DNA from: Mizuhopecten yessoensis
Lineage: Eukaryota
Reading direction: 5' to 3'
Length of the DNA stretch: 64,000 bases
Assembly: GCF_002113885.1 (NCBI RefSeq)
Contig: NW_018407185.1
Span: 141,990-205,989, forward strand
The position numbers and the translations under genes were made by a program. Below, one piece after another: positions 1-11,900 of the stretch. Numbering within the stretch: position 1 is the stretch's first letter; the number at the start of each line of letters is the position of its first letter. Below the pieces are notes generated by a model, which was not told the origin of the DNA, made no database searches, and saw only the letters and a program-made list of their open reading frames with translations.

Positions 1-1232
1 TTTGTCACGTGCCATGATCATGATCGGGCCTGGAACTGACGATGTCTGCCCCCTTGAGTGCTTGAACTCGAGGCGGTAGCATATCAGGCATATCGCAGAC
101 GGCTTTAGAATAAAATGTTTACTTGTATAGCAAAACTTAATACATGTATATGTAAGAAGGGAATCACTAAATTATATGACTCGTGTAAGTTATAAATAGA
201 GGACAATGCAGTTGATATGGAAGTCAAGGCCAAATCTTCCCTGTACCACACGAGGCAACCGTATTGATGTTTTCAGCAAAATCCCTAGGAATGCACCATA
301 AACTGTCTTTGACACACAGTGAGCAAATCTTCTAACAATACCAATCGGAAAATTCCATAGGTGGAAATTCCTGTTGTTAGTGAGGACGATAAATTTCTTC
401 AACGTAGATTGATGCTTCTCTTGTAGACAACCTTGACTTAATTACTCAGCAGGGCGGATCGAGCGATACAATCCTATTAATATAAACTGGTATTGGATCT
501 TGACTGTAACTCAGAAAGAAATGAAAGTTTTCGATCGTGATTTTTTTTGTAGTTTTTTTTGTATTGGAGCTTATCAATAAGCTTAAGGTTGCCATTTTTT
601 CAATAAATATGTAAGCAAATATTTCAAGCAGGAAAACTACAGAAAATACCGGGAAGATGCGCGAGACGCAAAGAGTTTTGCAAATTATTCAAATTCAAGG
701 GCAAAATATCTTCAATAGATACCTGAACATTTACAGTCTAAACTGACATTCGCTCAATATCTGTCTAAACTGACATTCGCTCAATATCTTTGGTAACATA
801 AAAAAACTAGGGCATCATAACTTGATAATAACGACTCCTCATGGCGGCCATAACACTCCATCACGAACTCATTGGCTGATGGGATTTGAATAATTGTATT
901 AATGGGTGAATAATTACAGTAGATATTACGAATGGTTTTCTATTTTTGTCAGGTGGTAAGGTAATAACTCCAGTTGAGCAATTTGCATTAATGTGTACTC
1001 GCTGCCGATGTTCATTTACACTATGTTTATGACCTAACAGCTTTTGTCGGCAACGTCGTCAGCGTTTTGATGAAGGTCAGCTACAGTATAATATGCTGAA
1101 GCATCCGTGTCGGCTTAGTTGATAACGATAACATGGGAGGAGTTATTACAATTTTTGAACGTTTGACGGTTTTTGTGTTGATGTGTGGATATTTGACGTC
1201 ATCGATAATTCGGCGTGAACGTAGTTAAACAG

Positions 1233-1580
1233 ATAATAATAATTGGAGGTTGTTATATACCGCTTTATCACAACCTAGTTCGTAGGTCGTCTCAAAGCGG
1301 TTCACAAATTATTATCCGTGGTTATAGGGCCTTTGCAACCAGCCAATACATTTCTCAACTCCCTGGGGAGCATACAGCCGGATCGGCCATTTCGGCGCTA
1401 ACAGCTAGCATTCAACAATTCTAGCACTGCCCATCCACGTACTCATTTACAGCTGAGTAGACTGGAACAAGCGGAATAAAGTATCTTGCTCAAAGATACA
1501 ACACATTGCCGTGCCGTGGCGCGAACCCGCAACCCTTCAGTCACGAGCCCGGCGTCCTACCACTGGACCACCGTGCCTCC
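1233..1580 (-). mobile_element. tRNA-derived CORE-type SINE, copy 1
   Basis: Minus strand: A box TGGTCCAGTGG, B box GGTTCGCGCC, CORE-like TTGAGCAAGATACTTT...CAGCTGTAAATG, L2-like tail ending (ATT)n. Near-identical to 7644-7991. Confidence 0.85.
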
Positions 1581-2461
1581 TTTAAATCTCTTGGTGTGTT
1601 GTTGCACTGTGTTGGCACAATACAAAATGCTGTTATCCCTAGCATGACAATGTGGAAGGAGTTACGCCAATTTTAGCGTCTTGACGGTGTTGTGTTAATT
1701 ATGACGTCATCAGCCGAATATCTCTTTTAGAGCAATGCAATATCAACACTTAACGTAATTTGCATGGTTTTTACTCAATTCAATTGTATTTAGGATTGTT
1801 AACCTATTAAACTACATGTAAGCAATGTAATACAAGATTATGTAACTTGCACACTCTTCGCTTAAATACAGCATTAGGCTAGTATTTACCTCATAAACTT
1901 AAGGTATTCTATGTGTAATACACATTCTTTTGGAAGTGAAAAATAAAATAAAAGAATTCCACAAACGCGTTAAAAGTATTTCCCAAATATTTATGAACCT
2001 TTACCGAATACTTTTCCAGTTTTGATGTATTTTATAAGAACATCCCATTGGGGCCGCTTTCTGTTTTAATCCAATAAAATGACAAAAACCTTCTGTATGC
2101 AGACAGTTATGATTTTAACAAAGGGAAACAAAACTAATAGTAACGTAATTTGCATGCTTTTTAATGAAACAAAAGAGCTATCTGAATACTCAATTTAAGT
2201 TAGTGATCGGTGACATTACTTTTGTACAGCGTACCGTTATAATATACATAGAATACATTATATATTCAAAAGAATATAAAATAAATAGATTAAAATTTGT
2301 GCAGTTATTCCTACTGGAATAACGAAAATTGTTTAAAAGGTCGTATTCCCCAACAAAATTATAACTATTAGACATTTGGTCAAAGATAATACAGTTCTTT
2401 ATTTTCGGAAGTTTTTCAAATTATGGTAATTACAGAACAGACAAAGACACTTACACGGACA

Positions 2462-2471
2462 CTCCTCCTCC

Positions 2472-2502
<31 letters not shown>

Positions 2503-2522
2503 ATCATCATCATCATCATCAT
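2462..2522. repeat. (CTC)n(ATC)n compound microsatellite
   Basis: Directly visible. Confidence 0.95.
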
Positions 2523-2557
2523 AAGCTGCCAGGCTGAGCTGTAGTACATTGTAACAT

Positions 2558-3106
2558 GGGCCCGTATTCATGAAACCGTTCTCATGCTCAAGCATGGATT
2601 CTGTGCTCAAACCAACTTTCTTGTAATCCACTTAAATAATTTCAAACGATCAAAAAGTAAAATGTAAACATTGTAAACAGTATTTGACTATAAATCTCTT
2701 CAATGTTTTTTCCAAATAATTGACAAAATAATACCCGTTTTCATTAATTTATAACGGGAATAAAAAAAATCGGCTTTACTCAGAGGACAAAATCCATGCT
2801 TGAGCATGAGAACGGTTTCATGAATACGGGCCTTGGGCTTGCATTCATTAACCCGTTGTCATGCTCAAGCACGCCATGTGTGCCAAAGCCTACTTTCTTG
2901 TTTCAGTTATGAAATAAATTAAAAAAGAATATTATATACAATGATTTGGAACAGATATGAAGAGACTTAAATCCAATCGATGTTTTCAATGTTTACATTT
3001 TACTTTTCGATTATTTCACATGGTGGTTTAAATCGCGTTGCAAGAAAGCTGGTTTGAGCACAAAATCCATGCTTGAGCATGAGAACGGTTTCAAGAATAC
3101 GGGCCC
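2558..3106. mobile_element. Two adjacent MITEs (2558-2832 and 2835-3106) in opposite orientation, PIF/Harbinger-like
   Basis: TIR GGGCCCGTATTCATGAAACCGTTCTCATGCTCAAGCATGGAT occurs 4 times as two pairs. Internal aaaagtaaaatgtaaacattg in unit 1 is reverse-complemented in unit 2. Superfamily call is tentative. Confidence 0.8.
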
Positions 3107-5073
3107 AATTCATTGAAGACGGCTAATTATTGTATCATATGAAAAAGAGCAGATCGCTGTTGACGAAGCGGATCATATCCAACGAATATACCATGGTTTT
3201 ACAACCATCAACGTCGATATATTGCTGATTTATCAAACATACCGAATTTGGTAGTGAAAACAGTGCAAACCCTACTCACTAATCAATCAGGCTTCCTGAA
3301 TAATTTCGTAGCCGAGTTGGGTCCTGCTTTTCAGGTTCTTGGATGAGCCAAAAAATAAGTTCTGTTGCCCCAAATTTTTCCTTCTGCATATTGGTGTTCA
3401 TCCATTTATTTATCCGACAGGGTTGAAAAAATTCCTAATAGGTTATTTCAGTTGTTAAGTGGACTGATATCGTGTACTCAGTATATTTCTCTGTCATAAG
3501 CTTAAAAGTACTAGGTAGTAGGGAAGGTTGGATGTGTAACCCCGGAAATAAATGTTCACATAAAAGGAATGGTTTGCAGTATTGCAAATTCCAGTCGATG
3601 ACGTTAAATAAGTAATGCATGTCGTTCTACTATTGATCTCGCAGTGTCAGAAACCTCCAGTCTTTATAAAATGCCGTTACTGGTATCAATAATATTCACG
3701 ATTTCATAATACCGACTTGGCGTTGTTCGATCATCACTCGCTATAGAAAACAATATCCAATCTAATTTCCATCTTCAGTTTGACAGTGACGCTGAGATAT
3801 TTCAAAGATATTGAAAACATATTTATGTAAATATGCCATGTAAGGATATTCACAGATGTCAATTCATATAAAAAAAAAATACATAAATCGTTTTCTACTT
3901 CATGCCCAGTATTCTTGCTTCACAGATTTTAGATATGGGATTTCGTATTTTCTGCACACGAAGCGAATTTACATTTTCCAGTTTCGTCGAAAGAAAGAAA
4001 AATGATCATATACATGTATCTATATCATACTGATCAAGGCTTAAGTGATATATGTAAAAAAAACATTGCGAAATAGTTCTCCCTATCTTACAAGACATTT
4101 GATTGGCGAACAGATGTCGTACAGGCAACGTCACTATGACAACGGCCTTTCGGAGATACGGGAAACTAACAATACAAAACACTACCCTCATAAAACAGAC
4201 ATTTCTCCATCTAGCCAGGCATCTGACACACGTGTCTGACAACAGCATTATCTCTCAGCCCCGAGGGAGGGTCCGTCGGCAGATGAAAGTGCCGCTGGGT
4301 GGGGAAACAGAGGACCGTGCATCACACAATGTGACGTTATCGGAACACAGCCAGCGAGCGTGCTCTCGGGAGAATCCGAGAGAGCGAGTACAAAAGAACA
4401 AAGAACAAAGCCAAGGGCCCTATTACATAATAGTTAAACTTCGACATACCGGCATTTCCTGTCAAAATTTGAAAAAGAATCACCCTGACATTTTACATAA
4501 CATATTTCCCGTCAGTGAAACAGACAATAGAAAAGCATCTTGTAAAACGGATTGTTACCATTTGTAAACGTCGATAAAAAATGAAATATCTTACAGAACA
4601 AATTTAATTTTACCTAAAAAGGTTGTATAGTCTACATAACACATTTCCTTCTCTTCTTTAAAACAAAATGTTAAAAAATCCAAGCTACAGTTTTCAAAAC
4701 ACTCCTCATTTAACGAGATTCATTTGTTTTATAATATCAAGGGGTAAATCTTATACAGCCTCCGTCACGGAGACACTCTGTCATGCTACAAAGAATCCCT
4801 TTTACAAAGAAACAAGTTATACATATTTTTTTCCATTTTTTTCCTGTGCTTAATGTATATTACATAAGATTAGATTGGTGATGATTTTGAACATGTTACA
4901 ACAAAGAACCATGAGGATAAAATGACGATGAGATGTGCATGTGACTTCAGAGAACCATTAGAAAAGGTGTTTATAGATAGCGTCTCATTAGTAAGGGTAA
5001 AACACGCACTTCGAAAGATAACACGCACATTACTCACTTGGCACGATAAGGAAACATTTTTAAAGTGTTCACA

Positions 5074-5204
5074 AAACTAGGAATATCTCATTTATAGCAT
5101 CACCATCTAAAACTGTGTGGGTAGTTATAATTACTTACGGTTCTGTATCTCTAAACAGAAACCGCATTTGATGATATATCTCTAAGATGAGATTTCTTAG
5201 TTTT
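5074..5204. repeat. Short inverted-repeat element
   Basis: aaaactaggaatatctcat ... atgagatttcttagtttt. Confidence 0.45.
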
Positions 5205-5697
5205 AGTTTGTCAAATAAAAGTTGGAACTTTTATCATTCATCATTTTGGCACTGTTCAGAGGAGCGCTGAACAATTGATTTTCTGACGCATATGATTCTT
5301 CGTAGGATGTAAAATACTTCCGTGCACGTGACTTCCATATATGGTAAAAGCCAATCTAACAGCGAAATACATGAAGTAACAACACTGTGTAACAGTCATG
5401 ATTTCGAAATCTTTTGTAAAAGGAATCCGGATGGGAAAACTGAACGATAGCAAATGTAATTAGCACCGATGCTCAAGAAAAGACTCCAAAGGTAGTATAG
5501 ACCATTAATATGAATAGAATCTATAAACCAGATTTTTTTTTTTTTTTTTTTATTGAACCGTTTAAGGATGAAATACATCAGCTACGTTCCTTTACATCAA
5601 TTTTCTCTTAATAAGGTTTACGTTCAAGACATATAAAACTATCGGAAAGACTTTTTCATCTGATTAGAAAGGGTGGACGAGCAAAACTGATAGAACT

Positions 5698-5754
5698 GAG
5701 CCCGTATATAAGAACCCATTCTCGTGTTCCAACATGATTTCTTTGTTTAAACCA
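5698..5754 (+). mobile_element. Degenerate solo TIR of the 2558 MITE family
   Basis: gagcccgtatataagaacccattctcgtgttccaacatg...aaacca aligns to the TIR at 2558. Confidence 0.55.
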
Positions 5755-7643
5755 TTTTTTTTTCTGCATTTCGCTAAATCATGTGACAAATGGAGAGTTT
5801 CCTAGATACATGTGGCTTCTCAAGGCGTCGTTGTCATCATATTTTATTTCACCAAAATCATCGTCTTACTAGTGTATATGATATTTGAAGAAAATACAAA
5901 TGCCATGACTATGCACCGTATATAATGTTCCTATATGTTGTAGTCAATTTTCATTGAACAACAACAGGAAAAAGCATCATTATAATGCTCGAAAATAAGA
6001 ATAATTCGAGGAAATCCATTTTCAAGGTTCGGAAACAAGTGGATGAATAGTAGCAGTTCTTTATGTCTGTTTTACGTGGGCTCTGGATAACTTGTGGATG
6101 GACATATATCGTCAGAAAACATGGAGAAAGAAATATGATTCATTTGTTTACATGTGTATAGATTTTTATTTTGTACGATATTCATGACATATTCACAACA
6201 GTCTCCGTGAAAATACATCTCTATCGTAAACAAGGCAATTTATAGTGTTGTTATGCTTTAACTCAACGTGTTGAAACGATCATTTTGTCAAATTTATCAC
6301 GTACTTAAATCACAGGTACTTTTGGTTTCCGAGTTGACATTGAACATGAGAGATCTCGCAAAATAGATTGACGGTTTTGTCTTCCAAATGGAAGACGATA
6401 CCCGCAATTAATGTTCTTTACTTCATCCATGCCATAAAGAGCTAGAGGTTAATACAATATATCTCAGCCCCTGGGATGTCACCGGTGAGTGGTGCCATTT
6501 AATTCACATTTTATATATCCATTCTGACAATGCTCTGTTACTCATGACCTATATATTGATTTGCCTTAAGCTGGGGTCGTCATGGTGACGCAGAAAATCC
6601 TCCCCAAAAATCTTTCGCTAAGATTCCTGTAGTCAAACGGTATTAACATTACGCCTTGCAAATAAACAAGCTCCTTCAGAAAGCTTTAAAAGAATTTCCG
6701 CAAATATGCTTTGTAGGTGAGAATTGCATCTTGAAATTGTTTTAAAGGATAATTTAGAAAGCCTATATAAGCTTCCACACCTCTTCTGCTCGTTTTAGAA
6801 TTAATAATAAATATCCTTAACCATAGTCTTCAGCTTTTTTCTGACTCCATAATCATACACGTAACTATATATCTTAAAACGACTGCTTTTTTTCTCTCTA
6901 TAGGAACACATTAATATGACGCCTGCCATTTTTCATTGTATTTTTTTCAAGGCGTACTTTCATCTCTGTTGTATCGCAGATATGATGTAGACTTGGAGAC
7001 GTAATAAAATAGTTTACCGGCTTTGTATCCCATTGCATCCCAATAGCTGACCCGATGCGAATTCGGGTTTATTTTCTGTACACTTGCCTTCAGGATATGG
7101 AAAAGGCGAAAATGATCCGCAGTCCCTACTGTAGCCATTCCTTTCTGTCAAACATAATCTTTTACTTAATGCAGTTTAAAACATTGAGGACCATTAAAAC
7201 AGTCTCTCCCACGTAACACAGATAGTCATTTAATAGAGATGGTGGAATGAGCAAGGTGAACCGTATTTACATGTCCTATCAGTAGACGAATACGTTTACA
7301 ATTCCATCGTTGTACAGTTTCTGTTTGTTTGGGGTTTCACGTCCTCGCCACAGCCTACGTCATAGGAAGATGACTCCTTAGGGAGATACAGCTGAAAAGA
7401 TGAATGTAAACGACACATGTGAGTCCACCTATAACTTTTTGTAATAGACAAAACATTCACAAATAAATTACACCAATAGAAAGATAAAAGAAGCAAGAAA
7501 AGAGTAAGTTCCTTAGTGTTGCAATTGGAGTAGCAAGTCAGGTTTAGTTTTTTCAAATAATCCTTATTCCACACCAGGTGTCTCGTTCAACGTTCTGCAG
7601 AACTGTTCTTTCTCCAAACATGCGGGGGTCGCTTACATATAAC

Positions 7644-7991
7644 AATAATAATAATAATTGGAGGTTCTTATATACCGCTTTATCACAACCTAGTTCGTAG
7701 GTCGTCTCAAAGCGGTTCACAAATTATTATCCGTGGTTATAGGGCCTTTGCAACCAGTCAATATCTTTCCCAACTCCATGGGGAGCATACAGCCGGAGCT
7801 GCCATTTCGACGCTAACAGCTAGCATTCAACAATTCTAGCGCTGCGAAACCACGTACTCATTTACAGATTAGTAGACTGGAACAAGCGGAGTGAAGTATC
7901 TTGCTCAAAGATACCACACCATGCCGTGCCGTGACTCGAACCCGCAACCCTTCGGTCACGAGCCCGGCGTCCTACCACTAGACTACCGTGC
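7644..7991 (-). mobile_element. tRNA-derived CORE-type SINE, copy 2
   Basis: Same element as 1233-1580; B box GGTTCGAGTC and (ATT)n tail. Confidence 0.85.
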
Positions 7992-8545
7992 AACTCGTTA
8001 ACTAAGTAATATACATCTGATTGTAGTTTCAATAAGGGACAAGTCGGCCTGTGCGATATGTATATACGTACACCGTGAAGAAAGTAAAACATTGATACAC
8101 ACAAAAAAAGATGACGTTAGGACAGAGAAGAACAGAACTCGCTTCTGCAGGAAACTGCATTAGTCGCCTCGTACGACTATACAGCGGGATACAAGAGGTT
8201 AACTTTCCGACAAATCTGCACGGATGATTTTATCGTATTAAATGAGAGATATTGCATTACTAACAATCTTTTTTTCCACTGTAAGCTGTGAGTTATGAAA
8301 CCATGTATCTGGCGTGCTGGTGGTTGGGTTTTGACAATCGTGACGTCATCATTTCTACCTCTAAAAACGACAAATGTAAATGCCAATTTCTTCAACTTAT
8401 TGTCAAAATTATAGAAATATATAAATAGAAGTATATAAGCTACATTCAACTTACTATTATAGTCCTACATTTACATTTGCTCTGCATCTTTCTATTGTAA
8501 TGAATTGCGACGGCAAATCTTGTTATGGGACTATAACAACATTTG

Positions 8546-9887
8546 CTATTGTAACGTCGTCAATTTCTATTGAGACGTCGTCAATCTCTATTGTGACGTC
8601 GTCAATCTCTATTGAGACGTCGTCAATCGCTATTGTGACATCGTCAATCTCTATTATAACGACGTCAATCTCTATTATAACGTCGTCAATCTCTATTGTA
8701 ACGTCGTCAATCTCTATTGTAACGTCGTCAATCTCTATTGAGACGTCGTCAATCTCTATTTAACGTCGTCAATCTCTATTATAACGTCGTCAATCTCTAT
8801 TGAGACGTCGTCAATCTCTATTGTGACGTCGTCAATCTCTATTATAACGTCGTCAATCTCTATTGAGACGACGTCAATCTCTATTGTAACGTCGTCAATC
8901 TCTATTGTAACGTCGTCAATCTCTATTGTGACGTCGTCAATCTCTATTATAACGTCGTCAATCTTTATTGAGACGTCGTCAATCTCTATTGAGACGACGT
9001 CAATCTCTATTGAGACGTCGTCAATCTCTATTGTAACGTCGTCAATCTCTATTGTAACGTCGTCAATCTCTATTGTGACGTCGTCAATCTCTATTATAAC
9101 GTCGTCAATCTTTATTGAGACGTCGTCAATCTCTATTGAGACGACGTCAATCTCTATTGAGACGTCGTCAATCTCTATTGTAACGTCGTCAATCTCTATT
9201 GTGACGTCGTCAATCTCTATTATAACGTCGTCAATCTTTATTGAGACGTCGTCAATCTCTATTGAGACGACGTCAATCTCTATTGAGACGTCGTCAATCT
9301 CTATTGTAACGTCGTCAATCTCTATTGTGACGTCGTCAATCTCTATTATAACGTCGTCAATCTTTATTGAGACGTCGTCAATCTCTATTGAGACGACGTC
9401 AATCTCTATTGAGACGTCGTCAATCTCTATTGTAACGTCGTCAATCTCTATTGTAACGTCGTCAATCTCTATTATAACGTCGTCAATCTCTATTGAGACG
9501 TCGTCAATCTCTATTGTGACGTCGTCAATCTCTATTATAACGTCGTCAATCTCTATTGAGACGTCGTCAATCTCTATTGTAACGTCGTCAATCTCTATTG
9601 TAACGTCGTCAATCTCTATTGTGACGTCGTCAATCTCTATTATAACGTCGTCAATCTTTATTGAGACGTCGTCAATCTCTATTGAGACGACGTCAATCTC
9701 TATTGAGACGTCGTCAACCTCTATTGTAACGTCGTCAATCTCTATTGTAACGTCGTCAATCTCTATTATAACGTCGTCAATCTCTATTGTGACGTCGTCA
9801 ATCTCTATTATAACTTCATCACTCTCTATTGTGGCGTCGTCAATCTCTATTGTAACGTCGTCAATCTCTATTGTGACGTCGTCAATT
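8546..9887. repeat. 21-bp minisatellite (tctctattgtaacgtcgtcaa), ~63 copies, with higher-order structure
   Basis: Directly visible. One 20-bp unit near 8760. Preceded by TATGG at 8524, a possible IS3EU-type terminus. Confidence 0.95.
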
Positions 9888-10035
9888 TCATTGTTATCAA
9901 GACTTAATTTGTTGTTCAAAAACTGTTCGAAATAACTAAATAAAGCATTACTACTCTATCAAAAGTTTGTCATCAATAACAATGTGTGTTAAAGCACTAT
10001 AACAACATTTGCTAAAATATTCATTGCTCAAATGT

Positions 10036-10574
10036 CCCTGCAGGTACATGTAGGGCGTAAGAATTGTACCTGCTGCCCCCATTGCATGGTCGTAAGAGGC
10101 GACTAAATTTGGGATCTTATCTTTTCTTTTCTTTCTAAACAATTTTATTCTTCCTAATGTCTCCCTTGACAATGCCTCACTTTTGGCCTTTAGTTGAGCG
10201 TTTGCCCATGTGAGGAAGGCTATGGGTTCTGTCCCCTGGCCGAGACATACCAGAGTCTGTAAAAATGGTAGTTTCTACTCCTGCTTAACGCTCAGCAGTT
10301 TAGGAGTATGACGACTGGTTCGCCTGTTGTCAGTATAATGTGACCGGGTTGGGATGTCCTGCTGGGTGTCTTCGGAAGTATGTTTCAGTGAGGTAGCACT
10401 ATAAAGTCGGCATCAGTTCCGCGCTATCACAAGGAGACAAATACGAAAATATCGCAGCCTCCCAAAACACACACGCATATACTACACGCATGCATCTTGC
10501 ACACAGGGGAGGCCGTCCTTAAATGACCATAGCTGTTGATAGGACATTAAACAATACTAAACCAAACCAACCAA
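10036..10574 (+). mobile_element. Composite Meta-type SINE with extra 5' leader and 15-bp TSD
   Basis: TSD tcattgctcaaatgt at 10021-10035 and 10575-10589. Decayed tRNA-like head at ~10185-10240; Meta-like domain ccgagacataccagagtctgtaaaaatggta; tail ccttaaatgaccatagctgttgataggacattaaac(aaacc)n. Confidence 0.85.
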
Positions 10575-11589
10575 TCATTGCTCAAATGTTGACAACGTCG
10601 TAACGCACCATATTCTGATTGTCTGCAATCCTTTTCCAGAAATTAGCACGATCACTGTTAACAGAATGAAGTGCAAAGCGTAAATGCCAGTGACTCTTGA
10701 TTACTGTATTACCCGAGGGTCCTTTGTTATGTCATCTGAAGACAATAGACATGACGTCACTAGGTAGATGACGGAAAATCCTGGTAATGTGATAAAAGGG
10801 GGAAAAAATGAACGTATTTGGAATGAGATTATGGAAATGTGCTTATATAAGCGTACGTATATTTTCTACTATGAAGTCAAATGCATTATATCTTATATTT
10901 GTTAAACTACAAATAGAGATAAAGTAATTTTGTATTATATGATTTTCAGATTTTAGCGATTCGCTTCCAAATCAACTGCTAAAATAAATTCATCAAAAGT
11001 AGATTAAACATTTGAATGTTTTTAGTCAACGAAAAAAAATCAAAACTCGGTTAGAAAATTATGAGTTCGTTACTTAGCTGCACGTTATTAAGATATACGA
11101 CTTTTTTAATGTTGCGTGCGGGTTTTTTTCCTGTTGAGTTCAAGTGTATAGTTACATATACTATATTTATTTGGTGGTTGCCAAGTGATACATTTAATTT
11201 GTACCGTCCTTAAAGCTCGAGCGCGTTCTAGTGGAATGAAAGTACAAACAATTATAGCATGTAAAAATATGAAATAAGTTGGCTTGATTCCAAATGTTTT
11301 GACCTCTCCTGTCGCAGAGAACCTCTGTACGTGTTAACGTATTATATGGATATTTTTTCTCATGATCTCCGTGGAAAGGGTTATCTATGGATTCTATACA
11401 ACATTTTATTTGAAAAAAATTGTAATAATGATTATGTAATGTCGAAGGGACAATACATTCTTTAGAGTCTGGAAGCAACATTTCAAGAAGAAAAAAGAAA
11501 TAGGAAATACTTTACAATCTCAACGTAACAATATTTACAATCTCTAATGATACATACATTATGTATTTATGTATATTATGGTTTATGTA

Positions 11590-11900
11590 TTGCTTTCCCA
11601 TTAGTTTTGGTGTCTACCTGATTGGCGTGGTGCTTTCCTATTATATTTGGTTTCTGTCTGAATTGTAGTGTTGCTTTCCAATTATTGTTGGTGTCTACAT
11701 GATTTGCGTGGTGCTTTCCTATTATATTTGGTTTCTGTCTGATCTGTAGTGTTGTTTTCCAATTAGTTTTGGTGTCTTCCTGATTTGCGTGGTACTTTCC
11801 TGTCATATTTGGTTTCCGTCTGATCTGTAGTGTTGCTTTCCCTTTAGTTTTGGTGTGTGCATGGTTTGTGTGTTGCTTTCCCATTTGTTTTGTGTGCTTG
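11590..11900. repeat. Degenerate 81-bp (40+41) tandem repeat, ~4 copies
   Basis: tgctttcc-like cores at 11591, 11631, 11672, 11712, 11753, 11793, 11834 and 11874. Confidence 0.85.

Noticed and set aside
8756-9935. 387-aa acidic (IEIDDVT)n ORF and 370-aa antisense ORF as shell-matrix or coiled-coil proteins
   Set aside because: Artefact of a stop-free 21-bp repeat: open on both strands, no signal peptide or unique sequence, and frameshifted by a 20-bp unit near 8760.
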